Under the pieces are notes generated by a model. That model did not search any database and was not told the DNA's origin. It was given only the letters and a program-made list of their open reading frames with translations. A stretch of 64,000 bases of DNA from assembly GCA_050949565.1 (NCBI GenBank), contig JBMNFY010000015.1, positions 68,722 through 132,721 on the forward strand, given 5' to 3'. This DNA comes from Kiritimatiellia bacterium. GTDB taxonomy: Bacteria; Verrucomicrobiota; Kiritimatiellia; RFP12; UBA1067. A program made the translations under genes and the position numbers. Below, piece by piece: positions 28,989-40,737 of the stretch. Each line of letters starts with the position of its first letter. The stretch's first letter is position 1.

Positions 28989-30988
28989 AGCCGTCCTCTA
29001 TCCGTGACCGCATCCGTGATGCCGTGGCCGAGACCGCTCCGGCGGTCAGCGTGCCGGAAGTCTCGTCGCTGCGTGAGTTCCTTCTCAATCACTGCCGCGT
29101 CAAGGTCGGCTCGCACTACCAGCCTTACGACATGGCCGGACGCCCCGCGCTGGAACTCGCCACGCAGTGGGTGGATGACATTCTCGCGGGCGGACGCGCA
29201 GACTGCCGCATCAAGATCAAGGGCGGGGCGCAGTGGGGCAAGACGGTGTGGGCCACCAACCTCTACGCCTATCTGCTGGGGGTGCGCTTCCTCGGCGTGG
29301 GTTACTATCTACCAGATCAAGCGCTGGTCGACGGCATCGTCGATACCAAATTCCGGCCGGATGTTGTAGACCAGATTCCGTGGTTTGCCTCGCTCCTGAA
29401 AATCGGCAAGACCGTGAATAAATCCGGACGCGCCGTCGACCGCAAGGGCGCGGTGATGGCCACGGACGGGCGGCGCGTCGCACTCGGTTATTTCCTCGGC
29501 ACCAACCGCGTGCCGACGACCTACACGCACGACGTGCAGATCGTTGACGAGCGCGACGACATCAACGAGAAAAATGAGAAGTTCCTTGACGGGCGCTTGA
29601 CCTCCAGCCACGTCCGCCTGCGCATCGACATCGGCACCGCGCGCTATGACAAGGCCGGCATGGACATGGAGTTCGAGGACTCTACGCAGCACTGCGCGGT
29701 GATCGCCTGCACGGGCTGCGGTGCGGAGATCTCTCCGGAGGATGAATGGCCGGGCGTCTGCCGTCTGCAGACGGGCGGCGCGCCCTCTCCCGACGACCCG
29801 CGTCTCACGCTGGCCGGCGACTTCAAATCCGCCGGCGAGGAGGGCGCGACCGTCGCCACGCACAAGCCTGGCAACCGCTACTATCTCGCCTGTCCGTATT
29901 GCGGCGCCGCGCTGGATCGCGCCGCCGTGGCCTACAAGCCGCGCCGCCCCGAGATGGCCGCGCTCGGCAAGTTCGGCGTCGAGGTCTCGCAGATCGCCAC
30001 GCCCGCGATCGGCCTCACGCAGATCGTCGCCGCGTGGGCGTCCGCCGTCGCCGATCCCGATAAAATGACTGCCTTCCGTTGCGACCGCTGGGCGCGGCCG
30101 AAGAGCAGCACACAGGGGCTGGACTCCGGCATCCTCGACCGCTGCCGCGAGGACTACGCGCTCAGCGTGGTGCCCACCGGCCTGCCGCGCTTCGGCGGAC
30201 TCGACACCGGCGACCGTCTCTGGCTCGTCGCGCGTGAGAGCGAGAGCGCCCTTTGCAAGCGCTTTGCATGGGCTGAGCAACTCAGTCCGGCGACCGCCCG
30301 CGTCCGTGTGCCCCAGCTCTTCGATGCGCTCGGCCTCACCTGCCTTTTTGTCGATATCGGCAACGAGCGCGAGATGGCGCGCGACATCGTGCGTCTCATC
30401 AACCGGCTCGACAACGCGCCGCCGATCCGCGCGGAAAACAAGTCAGGCCGCATCGACTTCGGCGGCGGTCTCGTCTGGGACGGCACGCGCTGGCGCGGGC
30501 TTCGCGCCGCGTGTGTGGAGTTCTCGCTCAAGCCCGGCGGCGGGATCGTCCACGAGTTGCGCCTCACGCAGGAGGGACACGCCTATCCCGTGATCCGCGC
30601 CAACCGCGACGAGACCATCCAGCGGGCAATCGATGAGTTCCTCTGCTACGACGACGGGCTTGTCGCGGTGGTCGACGGCAAGATTCGCACCGCGCCGGTC
30701 ATGCGCATGCCCGCCGCCTCGCCCGGTTGCGCGGAGGCGGTAAACGTCATGTCAGAGCATTTCATTTCCGGCTCGCGCAAGGTCACATCGTCGGACGGCA
30801 AGACACTTAATTTCATCGACGGCGTCGCAAACCACTACCTGCTCGCGAACGCCTACAGCGCACTCGCTGAGACGGTGGTCGCGGGCGAGTCGATGCACGT
30901 CGGCTCACAGAGCGCAGGGCGCGTGACCGGCATGATCGACGGCGTCGCGCGCGGGAGTTTGGATGCATTCGGAGGGCCGCTCTTGTGA
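28985..30988 (+). CDS. Terminase large subunit, lambda GpA-like
   Basis: KGGAQWGKT Walker A; IVDERD Walker B; ACTGCG and ACPYCG Zn fingers; GGLDTG nuclease motif; NHYLLA. Confidence 0.8.
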   Translation: MKPSSIRDRIRDAVAETAPAVSVPEVSSLREFLLNHCRVKVGSHYQPYDMAGRPALELATQWVDDILAGGRADCRIKIKGGAQWGKTVWATNLYAYLLGVRFLGVGYYLPDQALVDGIVDTKFRPDVVDQIPWFASLLKIGKTVNKSGRAVDRKGAVMATDGRRVALGYFLGTNRVPTTYTHDVQIVDERDDINEKNEKFLDGRLTSSHVRLRIDIGTARYDKAGMDMEFEDSTQHCAVIACTGCGAEISPEDEWPGVCRLQTGGAPSPDDPRLTLAGDFKSAGEEGATVATHKPGNRYYLACPYCGAALDRAAVAYKPRRPEMAALGKFGVEVSQIATPAIGLTQIVAAWASAVADPDKMTAFRCDRWARPKSSTQGLDSGILDRCREDYALSVVPTGLPRFGGLDTGDRLWLVARESESALCKRFAWAEQLSPATARVRVPQLFDALGLTCLFVDIGNEREMARDIVRLINRLDNAPPIRAENKSGRIDFGGGLVWDGTRWRGLRAACVEFSLKPGGGIVHELRLTQEGHAYPVIRANRDETIQRAIDEFLCYDDGLVAVVDGKIRTAPVMRMPAASPGCAEAVNVMSEHFISGSRKVTSSDGKTLNFIDGVANHYLLANAYSALAETVVAGESMHVGSQSAGRVTGMIDGVARGSLDAFGGPLL

Positions 30989-32500
30989 ACAATCTGATCA
31001 GGCGCATTTTCAAGACGGAACGCCGTCGGTCGACGCCAACCGCGTGACGCAGCACATGATGAGTCTCTGGTCGCCGTTGGAGATGCTCACGCCGCGCTCG
31101 CTTTCCGCCGCGCTGGCCCAGCTCCGCGCCGGCGACCTGCAAGCCTACGCGCGGCTGTGGGACGACGTGCAAGGAGCGCGACGACATCCTCGCCAGCGTC
31201 GTCCCAAAGCGCAGCCAAGAGCGTCTCGCGCCTCTCGTGGGAGGTCATCGAGCGCGAGGACTCCGCCGCCGCCCAGCGCCAGTGCGAGATCGTCGAGAGT
31301 TTCCTGAACACGCTCACCTACACCGACGTCATGGATGCTGACTTGAGGCGGCGGTTTTTCCGCGCTCATTCGCGGCATGATGCATGCGGTCGGCTACGGC
31401 TGGAGTGTGCAGGAGATTGTCTGGCGTCCGTCGCCTGCCTGTCTCTCTGCCGAGTTCATACAGGTGCCGTTGCAGTTTTTCGAGCGTCGCTCCGGACGCC
31501 TGCGCTTCCTCGCTTCCGAGGGTGCGTACACCGGCACCGACCTGGAGGACGGCGGCTGGCTCGTGACTGGCGTGCCCCGACCGCCTCGCGATCGCCTCGC
31601 TCGATCCTCTACCTCTTCAAGCACACGCCGCTGCGCGACTGGCTGATCTACTGCCACCGCTACGTGGTGCCCGGACTGCACGGCAAGACCAACGCGAAAA
31701 AAGGCGACGACGATTGGAACGATCTCCACGACACCCTCGCGCACTTCGGCCAAGACTGGGCGATGCTAACTGGGAAGGAAGTTGAGATTGACACCATCGA
31801 CTCCAGCGCCAAAGGCGAACTGCCCTATCCCAAACTGGTCGACCGCTGCGACCGCCGCATGACCGCCATCTGGCGCGGTGCCGATCTCTCCACCATGAGC
31901 GCGGACGACGCCACCGGCGCAAGCCTCCAGCAGGGCGAGACCGACCTGCTCACCTCAGACGATGCCGAGATCGTCGCCGGTACGCTCAACGCGCGGCTGA
32001 TTCCCTACGTGCTGCGCTATACGCTCGGCGATGTGCCGCAGCTTGTGGATATCGAGATTCAGTGTCCCAACCCGCAGACCGAGCAAGCACTCAAGATCGA
32101 CGAGGCACTGATCGGCTGGGGCGTCGAGCAATCCAAGGCCGACCTGCGCAAACGCTACGGCCGCCCGGCTCCCGACGACGGCGATGAGGTCGCCGCGCCG
32201 CCGGCCAGCCAGCCGCTGTTGCCAGTCTCCCCTGCGCCGAACGCCGCCGTCGGACGCGCACCGCAAGCCGCTTTCACGGCGCTCGCGGCCGACCTGCAAC
32301 CGCTGCGCGCGCGCATCGAGCACGCGCTCTCTCTGCCCGACGGCGAGATGGAAGACGCGCTCCATGCGATCACGCAGGAATCCGGGGCGCTCTTCAGGCT
32401 GATCGACGATTCAGGCGCACTGCCCGCCGTCCTCGCGCGTCGCGCCGCGCAAGCGTTTGTGGACGGCATTAAACACCAAGAGGAAGATCAAGATGCGTAA
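30985..32500 (+). CDS. Portal protein (Mu gp29/DUF935-like), several frameshifts
   Basis: LTPRSLSAAL; HAVGYGWSVQEIVW; LRDWLIYCHRYVVP; LVDRCDRRM, found in different frames. Confidence 0.8.
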
Positions 32501-33738
32501 CCGTAAACTGAAACTCACTGCCCGCGTCTGCGCCGAAGCGCAGCCCGATGATCGCCGATCTCGCGACCGTGCATCAACGCCGTCGCGCTGCCGGGCGGCG
32601 ACGCCCCCGAGTGGCTCCGTGTGCCGTATGGCGACGTGCCGTACTTCGACGGCAAGACGTGGAGCATGCAACGCCTCAACGCGGCCGTGGCCGAGAAGCT
32701 CGCGAGCCTCATGCAGCGCGCCGCGCGCCTCGACAAACGCCTCGCCGCCGGCCAGCCCTTCTACATCGGCCATCCTGATTTTTACGACAGCACCGACAAG
32801 CACCAGATCAACGCATGGATGCAGAACCAGCCGCCCGCCACCGGCTGGATCAAGGAGATCCGCGCCGGCGCGGACGCGTTAGAGTTGCGCGTCGAGTGGA
32901 CGGCTCGAAGGCGCGAGCCCTCGTGAACAGCCGCACCTACAAGTTTTTCTCGCCCTACTTTCTCTGCGCGCTCGTCGGCAAGGAAAAGATCAACGGTGTC
33001 GAGATGGAGATTTACGAGCCGCGCCTGTTGAAAAGCGCGGGCCTGACGAACACGCCGAATTGGCCGATGCCCCCGATGGTCAACGCGGCGATCACCAACG
33101 GGGGAGTAAAGGAGGGCAGCATGAACCTGCTGCAACGCCTGATCGCCCTGATTGGCGACACGGGCATCACGACCGAAGACGACGCCATCAACGCCGTCTC
33201 GAAGATCATCACGGCGATCCGCAAGCTCCAGCAGAGCATCGACGCCCGCTGGGAGGCGGAGGACGCCGCGCGGCGCGCGCTCCCGAACGCCGGCGACCCG
33301 CTCGCGCTGATCGAGGGCTACATCGCCCAGCTGGAAACGACCGCCGAGGCCGCCAACGCATCTGCCGCACAGGTGGAGAATCTCACCGCCGCGCTGAACG
33401 CGGCGCGCACATCTCTGGCCACGCGCTGTGTGCATGCCGCCGTCGCTCGCGGTGCGGTGCTGCAGGAACACGCCGAGTCGCGCATCGCAGACTGCGTGAA
33501 CGCGGGCGATGCCTTCGCCGCGCGCCTCTGTGAGATCGACGCACTGCCGAAGCTCATGAAGACTGAGCCGGAGACCGACGGCATTGCGCAACGCGCCAAC
33601 ACCGTCGCCGACCGCCGCGCACAGATTCACGAGCTGGTGAATGCCGCGATGCCGGCATTCAACCACGATTACGACCGCGCCTTCGCATCCGTGCGCAAGT
33701 CGCGCCCCGATCTCTTCGGCGAAGAGCCGTCGAAGTAA
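32493..33738 (+). CDS. Mu gpI-like head protease/scaffold, frameshifted
   Basis: FYIGHP; ATGWIKE; RVEWT; YKFFSPYF; SAGLTNTPN. Confidence 0.8.
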
Positions 33739-33754
33739 ACCCGAAAGGAACACC

Positions 33755-34180
33755 ATGAAAAAATTGATCCCGATGATCAACGAAGTCGGCCGTCATTACG
33801 GCGGCAAGATCACTCGTAAATGCGACGGCAAACTCAGCGCCTACGCATTCGTCAAGGCCGGCAGCGAGGCCGGCAGCGTCGCCGCGACCACCGCGCCCAC
33901 CGAACAGCCCATCGGCACGGCCATGCATGATACCGACGCGAAGGGCGACGATGTCGCGATTGAACTGCCGGGCGGTTCTCCCGGCACCAAGCTCGCCGTC
34001 GCGGGCGGGGCGATCTCCGCACTCGCGCGCATCTGCGCCGGCGAGGGCGGCAAGGCCGTCGCGCTGCCGAGCGCGGCGGGCACCTACTTCGTCGTAGGCC
34101 GCGCGCTGACCGCCGCATCTGCGGACGGCGATGAGATCGAGTTCGAGGGCTGCGTGCCTTACCCGGTCACTGTCGCGTAA
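33755..34180 (+). CDS. Capsid decoration/cement protein (DUF2190-like)
   Basis: Gly/Ala-rich, VVGRALTAASADGDEIE; lies between protease and capsid genes. Confidence 0.7.
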   Translation: MKKLIPMINEVGRHYGGKITRKCDGKLSAYAFVKAGSEAGSVAATTAPTEQPIGTAMHDTDAKGDDVAIELPGGSPGTKLAVAGGAISALARICAGEGGKAVALPSAAGTYFVVGRALTAASADGDEIEFEGCVPYPVTVA

Positions 34181-34206
34181 CCCCGTTTTCACAACAAGGA
34201 GCAACC

Positions 34207-35160
34207 ATGGATAAACTACTGCGTGAGATCGACATCTCCTCTCCCAGCCACGGGCTGGTCTGTCTGGCTAATACGGCCAGCTTCAACAACACGCACTTCT
34301 CTGAGCCGCTGACCACCTACGCTCAGGGCTGGCGTGATCCGAGCAACCTGCAAGGTTTTTTGGACTTCCTGTTTCCTCCCGTGCAGGTGCCGCGCCGTTT
34401 CGAGTTCAGGAACTTCGGCGAGTCGTCCGACTTCCTCTACGACACCGACGACGCGCGGTCTCCGGGCGCTGACTTCAAGCGCGTGAAATACACCGGCTCG
34501 ATTCAGCAGAGCAAAACCACCAATCGCGGCCTGACCGTTTTCGTGGACGAAGACGAAGTGCGCGACCAGCCCGGCTGGCAGGAGCTGTACACCGGACGTC
34601 TGCTGCGCCGCTCGATCCGCAACAATCTGGTCACGGCGTGTGGCATGATCGTCGCCGCCGCAGACAACACCGCCAAGACGTGGGGCGCTGAAAGCGATCC
34701 CGACGCTGACCTCATCAGCCTCGTCGATGGCGCTGGTGACCTCATCGGCTTCAATCCCAACCGCCTCGCGTTTTTCGGTGCGGCATGGACGAAGCGCATC
34801 GTGGCCTCTCGCGGTAAGAACACGGCGGGCGCAATCGCGTCGCTGAATCTCTCCACCGCTGATCAGGTCGCGCAGTACGTGGGCGCACAGCGCGGGACGG
34901 TCGTCAACTTCCGCGTCAAGAGCGCCGCCGGCAAGGGCAAGGTCAGCGGCAACACCGTCGTCGCGTTCTACGCAGAAGACGGCGCAGGCCCCGAAGACCC
35001 CAGCCACACCAAGCGCTTCTGGTCGCCGTGCGGCGACGGCACACAGTACCGCGTGTATGTCCGCCAGTACTCGGAGAAGCTCTGGGCGATCACCGTCGAG
35101 CGCTATGTGCAGCTTGTAGTCACGAGCACCGTCGGACTCAAGAAATACACCATCAGCTAA
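34207..35160 (+). CDS. Major capsid protein
   Basis: 317 aa; LTTYAQGW...LFPPVQV...RSPGA; synteny. Confidence 0.7.
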   Translation: MDKLLREIDISSPSHGLVCLANTASFNNTHFSEPLTTYAQGWRDPSNLQGFLDFLFPPVQVPRRFEFRNFGESSDFLYDTDDARSPGADFKRVKYTGSIQQSKTTNRGLTVFVDEDEVRDQPGWQELYTGRLLRRSIRNNLVTACGMIVAAADNTAKTWGAESDPDADLISLVDGAGDLIGFNPNRLAFFGAAWTKRIVASRGKNTAGAIASLNLSTADQVAQYVGAQRGTVVNFRVKSAAGKGKVSGNTVVAFYAEDGAGPEDPSHTKRFWSPCGDGTQYRVYVRQYSEKLWAITVERYVQLVVTSTVGLKKYTIS

Positions 35161-35169
35161 GGAGCGGTC

Positions 35170-35625
35170 ATGGCGTGGCGCGCAATCACAGACAATGACA
35201 TCGATGCGGTGCTCTCCTCGTCCGAGCTTGCCTCCATCCGGGCGCAGGCCACCGAGGGGAACGATCCCATCGCCGACAGCATCCGGCTCGTGACCGATAC
35301 CGTGCGCGGCTACATCTCCGCGCATGCGGCCAATCGTCTCGGCCCTGCCGGTACGCTTCCGGAGCGGCTCATTGATGCCGCGCTGTCGCTGTTTGTGGTG
35401 CGCGTCTACAGCCGTACCGCCGGCTTGCTGATTGATCTCAACGATACCCGCAAAGAGGCCGCCAAGAGCGCCACCGAACTGCTGCGCGATGTCGCCGCCG
35501 GCCGCTTCGCGGTCGAGCTGCCCGCCGAGGGAACAACATCCGAAGAGGACAACAACGCCTCGGCGGTGCAGCTCGTCACCCACTCAGCGCGGCCACTGCG
35601 CCGCGACGATCTCTCAGGACTATAG
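35170..35625 (+). CDS. Mu gp36/DUF1320-like head-tail connector
   Basis: VRGYISA...LLRDVAAG; synteny. Confidence 0.7.
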   Translation: MAWRAITDNDIDAVLSSSELASIRAQATEGNDPIADSIRLVTDTVRGYISAHAANRLGPAGTLPERLIDAALSLFVVRVYSRTAGLLIDLNDTRKEAAKSATELLRDVAAGRFAVELPAEGTTSEEDNNASAVQLVTHSARPLRRDDLSGL

Positions 35626-35809
35626 GAGCACACAATGGCTGAGAAAAACGCAACCGACAAACCCGCCGCCGCCAAACCCGCCGCGCCGGACATCATGAAA
35701 ACCGTCACCGACGCGCTCGCTGCCGTCGGCATCACGGATGCGTCCGTCCGCCGCTCAAACGGCGTCCACGACACCGTGATTCTGATTTCAATCCCGAAGG
35801 AGTAAACCC

Positions 35810-36268
35810 ATGGGCAACCTCGACCAACTCCGCGCCGCCGTCTCGCGCAGGCTGGAAAGCCTGCCCGCGCTGGCCGGCATCCCCGTGGTGCCGGAGGATA
35901 GGCAGAACATCAAGAGCGAGATCGACACGGCGCTCGGCAAAGCCGGCGGCCTCGTGATCACCGTGAGCATGGGCAATGCGCGCGGCGTCGCTCCTGCTGA
36001 TCCGCTGCCGCAGGCCGAGGTCGAGGTCGTGGTCGAATGCGCGGAGATCCCCGCGATCAACCGCGGACCGGCCGGACGCCAGATGCCGGCGGTCACCGCC
36101 TCTGTGCTGGCCGTGTGCGCCCTGCACCACTGGCCGTGGGAGCACGGCAACGTGCTCACGTTCGGTGAAACTCAATACGACCGCGACGACAAGACGTCGC
36201 TCGTCATCTACACCTGCATTTTCAACACGCGCGTCACGTTCGCCGCGCAACTAGGACTAGGAGAGTAA
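35810..36268 (+). CDS. Probable tail-completion protein
   Basis: Size and position between the connector and tail tube genes. Confidence 0.45.
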   Translation: MGNLDQLRAAVSRRLESLPALAGIPVVPEDRQNIKSEIDTALGKAGGLVITVSMGNARGVAPADPLPQAEVEVVVECAEIPAINRGPAGRQMPAVTASVLAVCALHHWPWEHGNVLTFGETQYDRDDKTSLVIYTCIFNTRVTFAAQLGLGE

Positions 36269-36270
36269 TC

Positions 36271-37211
36271 ATGCCCACCATCCAACGCAGCACCCTGCAG
36301 CGCGGCCCCGGCAATCTGACCTACGACAGCCTCACGCTGTTCTCGCAGGAGGACATCACCGCCGCCATCGAAATCGAGACGTGGCGTCCGAAAATCTCGA
36401 CGCACGGCGAAGGTGCGCCGCGCATCGCCGACGCGCGCGGCCAGATCACCTTCACGCCCGCCGGGCGCATCACGCCCGAGATCATCGCGGCGCTCTTCCC
36501 CGCCGGTTTCCGCAACCCGACCATCGGCGCGCGCGTCTTCCCGGCCGCAGACAAGCCGCTCTCGATCCACGGCGTAGACGGCGCGAAGCTTGATTTTGTT
36601 TCCGCCGCGCTGACCAAGATGCCGGGCCTCGCGCTCAGTCCGAAAGGCACGGCCTTCGGCGAGGCTGGCTTCACCGCGCTGATCGGCGACAACAAAGAGC
36701 GCAGCGCGGCAGGCTCGTTCTACACCGCCGCCAGCGCCGCGTGGTCGGGCGCGTTCAGCGATGCCGCGATCATCGCCGTGCCTTACTCCCGGCGTGTGGG
36801 GCGCCACCCGCGCTCCACACAGAGGAAGGCTGGAAGATCGACCTCGAAGCCCAGATCGAGCCGATTGTCGTGGACGGCATCGGCACCGTGGACTACGAGC
36901 TGACCGGCGTCACCGCGCGCGCCACCTGCCGGCCCGTGGACATGACCGCCGCGTCCCTCGCCGCCGCGCTGCGCCCCGAGGGACTCAACCTCGGCGCGTC
37001 CCTGCGCCAGAGCAAAAACCTCGTCATCACCGGACTCGCTGGCGGCCTCGTCGTCACACTCTACGATGCGGTCATGACAGCCGCCCCCGCTGTGTGGGGC
37101 GCGACAGCCAGCCGCGCCGGCGAGGTCACGTTCGAGGCCAGCCGCAAACTCGACGGCTCCGGTACGTCCGGCACACTGGGCGCAGTGTTCGAGATCGCCA
37201 TCGCAAGCTAA
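36271..37211 (+). CDS. Probable major tail tube protein, frameshifted near 36790-36810
   Basis: Beta-rich ORF continuing in a second frame to the stop at 37211; synteny. Confidence 0.5.
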
Positions 37212-37213
37212 CC

Positions 37214-37635
37214 ATGATCTACAAGCTCACAGACTCAAACGGCGGAACACCGCTCACGCTCGTTCGACGGGCCGGCGAGTGCTTCCGCCGACTATGCGCA
37301 AGGCCCCATCGGCGGCGAAGAGCGGTTCAGTGCGCAGCAGAGCGTGAGCGTGCGCCCCCTGATCCGCGCGGACGCCGCACTCGTCACCCCGCGCAAGAAC
37401 CATTCGCCGCGAGCTGCCCCTTCAGCGCGTTGCGGACATTCGCCACGCCGCAGCGGCGGCGCGCGCCTGGGCGGCGCAGCACACCCAGGCCGTGATCGGC
37501 CTCACGCGCCTCGTGATCAGCGGAGACGGCGGCGGCAGCGTCACGCTCTCTGGCGGCATCACCCGATGCGAGTGCCATGTGCGCGGCGTGTCTGTTCTCA
37601 TCGACTACGAATTCACCTACGGGGAGATCACATGA
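37214..37635 (+). CDS. Hypothetical tail-region protein, frameshifted
   Basis: ATG after the tube gene stop; TGA overlaps the next ATG. Confidence 0.35.
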
Positions 37636-38910
37636 AGCGTCACGTTATTCACTATTCGCTATTCATTATTAGTTTGTGCGCGCCAGCGTACGCACAGATC
37701 GCACAGCGATGGATCTCCGAGGCCTCGCGCCCGACCGCGCAAGAGATCACCATCTATCGCGGCGAGACCCTCGCGCTGGAGCCGACCATCACCGTCCACG
37801 GGACTCCCTACGCATGGCCAGACGAAACCGAAGTCACGCTGTGGTGGCAGTCATCCAACATGGGCGCGTCGTGGTGGAGCACACCCGCCGCGCTCGGCAC
37901 GGCCACCGGAGCGCTCCGCGCCGTGTGGTCGCCCGCCTGCGACTCCGGTGCTGACCGCTACACCTTCTTCATCCGTGCGTCCGCGCCCTCCGGCATCGCC
38001 TACCGCGCAAGCGGCACACTCATCATGCGTCATTCGCCCGGTGCAGTGCCCAACGCGCTGCCGCTGCCGACACCCGCGATTGACTTTGCAAGCATCGAAA
38101 TCCACAACGCGCCGTGGCTCTTTGAAAGCGACTGGCAGAGCGGCAGCAACGCCCTTGCAGGCGCCGTGCAGCAGGCGGCACAGACCATGCAGGCCGATGC
38201 ACAGGCCGCGCTAGATACGTTTGCGGCAACGAACATAGTGACGCGACTGGAGGCCGTTGATGGCTCGCAGTGGATTGACGGCACCGGAGCTGTTTGGCGG
38301 ATAGTTTCCGTGACGACCAGCGTAACGCGAGCATTTGTTGCCGTGCCGCCCGAGCCGGTGTTTGACGGCATCGCGCTTGGAGATGTGTGGGCTTATTCTC
38401 ACTATTATTCGGGCGGAGGCGAAACCAACTTTGCATTTCTTCCTTCCCATGACAGGTACTTGTGGCTGACCTGCTTTACCGGACGATCGTGGTCCGATCC
38501 CTACTGGATGATCTTACCGACACAGTTATATCAACTGGCTCCATTCGAGACGAACGAGCTGCACCTTGTCGATGTGGAAAACGGGTATCACGTTCATCTC
38601 GCGGAAACGAACTTGGTTGCGCTTGGCATCGCGACACAGTGCGTGGGGCGCGTAGCGTGGCTGAGCGACCTGTCCAACCGGACCACCGGGCAAGACGTAA
38701 ATGAAGCGATCGCCGCGCACGGACAACGCCCCCGCCGCGCACGGGCCGGCATTCGCGGCGCAACGCACGGGCCTGCTCGCGCAGACATCAAACATCGTGA
38801 ACGAGGCGGTCCTGAACATCACCGCGCCCGCCATCCTGCGCGACGGCGTGTGGTATCGCCAGGCGTGGGACACCAATCTCCAAACCACCGTATGGGAGCC
38901 CCGGCCATGA
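37632..38910 (+). CDS. Signal-peptide protein, possible fibre/baseplate-like (frameshift near 38725)
   Basis: MKRHVIHYSLFIISLCAPAYA|Q; EITIYRGETL. Confidence 0.55.
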
Positions 38911-39710
38911 TTTCACGCCCGCTTTTTTTCGCAATCTTCTTCGCGCTCTCAGTCAGCGCCCAGTCGTGGTACGACCTCACAGTCCACAACGCCGTGTTTG
39001 CCGGCACCAACATGGTCTCCGGCGAGATCCGGCCCGCCGGCGCGCTGCCCACGCTGGCAGATTTCAATGCCGCCAAGACCGAGATCAGCGAGGCCATGGC
39101 CGTCGCGTCCAACTCGTGGGACATCGCGCTCGCCGCGTCCAACGCCGCCGCCCGCGCCGCCGCCGACATTGCGGACGCGACCAGCAACGGCGTGTGGGAG
39201 ATCGTGTTCACCCTGTCCGCGCTGAAAGGCGTGGGCGCGTCCGACGACATCGAGTCGCGCACCGTGGGCTTCTCGGTCGAGACCACCCCGACAGGGCGAT
39301 TGTGCCACGCCGTCCAGTGGTTCTCTGCCGCGCCGCCGCAGATGCCCGATTTCGATTGCTCCTACTCTACAAACCTGATCCACATGGGCTTTGATCACAT
39401 CTCCGTCGGCACCTCGTGGCCGGAGACCTGCGGAGATCCGGAAGACTACGGAAAGCTGGGCGGGGCGTGCTACAGGGTGACCGCGCTCGTCCCGGCCGAG
39501 TGGGGCAGCGCATTTTTCAAAATCATCGCCACGGGATTTATTCTGCGCGGAAACGCGCTCCCCGTGGTCGGGGGCATCGCCGGCGGCGCGACCCACGACA
39601 TCGAGGTCATGGACGCCGCAGGCATGACGAACGTGACCCTGCACGTCCGTGGCGGCTTCGTTGTGGACACCAATCATCCAATCAGCCTGATCATGTACCA
39701 ATCGCCATGA
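38907..39710 (+). CDS. Signal-peptide protein
   Basis: MISRPLFFAIFFALSVSA|QSW; ATGA coupling at both ends. Confidence 0.6.
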   Translation: MISRPLFFAIFFALSVSAQSWYDLTVHNAVFAGTNMVSGEIRPAGALPTLADFNAAKTEISEAMAVASNSWDIALAASNAAARAAADIADATSNGVWEIVFTLSALKGVGASDDIESRTVGFSVETTPTGRLCHAVQWFSAAPPQMPDFDCSYSTNLIHMGFDHISVGTSWPETCGDPEDYGKLGGACYRVTALVPAEWGSAFFKIIATGFILRGNALPVVGGIAGGATHDIEVMDAAGMTNVTLHVRGGFVVDTNHPISLIMYQSP

Positions 39711-40737
39711 CGCTTTACGAGACATCACAGTTGGAGCTCGCCGCCGTCCTGTTCACCGTGACGGCCGCGCCCCTTGCCTGCCTTGTGCGGTGGCTGGTCC
39801 GCAGGCATCGGTGGCCGGCCACGCCCACGCTCTGCATGGCGTTCATCGTGTCCCTCGGCGCGGCCGCATTCGCGCTGGCCGACAGCGAGAACGGCAAGCC
39901 GGACGCCCCGCAAGTGCTGCGCTGGATGCGGCTCAAACGCGAGTGGGTGTGCTGGACGCACACCGTCAAGAACGAATGGGCAGAGTTTTGCGCCGCCGTC
40001 AGGCAGGGGTTCATCAGCATGCAGGGGCTGTACGGCGAGGTCCTGGACATCACGAACAGCCTGCCGGCAGACGCCGTGGCCCCGCCCGCGATGCAACTGC
40101 GGGTAAACCTTGTGGACAGCCAGAGAAACCAGAATTTCAAGGCGAGGCCCACCGGCCTGTGGGACAACGGGGACGGGACGTGGACCGTAGAGATCACCTC
40201 CAGCCGCGAGATTTCGGACGCCCCGACAACCATGATGTACCTGCGCAGACGTTCGGACGGCGCGGCGTGGTGGGTCGAGCACACGTCGAGTTCGTTCCCC
40301 GAAAACTCATCTCCGAACGCATACACATACACCTTCCAGATGCCGGTTGACGTGGAAGGGCACCTCGCCGTGGCAGATGAAGTGCTGCTCGGCGGCCCCG
40401 CGGCGGCCTCACCGTAGAGGGGCTGGTGCTCGTGGATCTGGACAAGGGCTGCATCTACGAAGGCGTGAACGGCCACTATATCATGGGCGACGGCCGCATC
40501 GTCCAGGTGAAGGGCGGGGTGTTCATGTTCGACGGCGCAAAGGCGCAGTCGACCGAAGGGCCGGAGCCAGAGCCGATGGCCAGGCAGGCGGCGGCAGAAC
40601 CCGCGCCGCGCGACGCCGTGATTCTGCGCGATCCCGTGACCGCCGCCAAGCCCGGGCCTGTCCCCGAGCCTGTCCCCGAGCCCGCCGCGCCGCCTCTCAA
40701 GCTGGCCATGCCGCCGTTGGATGGAGGTGCAAGATGA
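39707..40737 (+). CDS. Membrane/exported protein with a Pro-rich VPEPVPEP tail (frameshift near 40405)
   Basis: Two N-terminal hydrophobic helices; continuation in ORF 40426-40737. Confidence 0.5.

Noticed and set aside
37344-39710. Single 788-aa ORF
   Set aside because: Better explained as genes starting at 37632 and 38907, each with its own signal peptide and ATGA coupling, joined by a frameshift near 38725.
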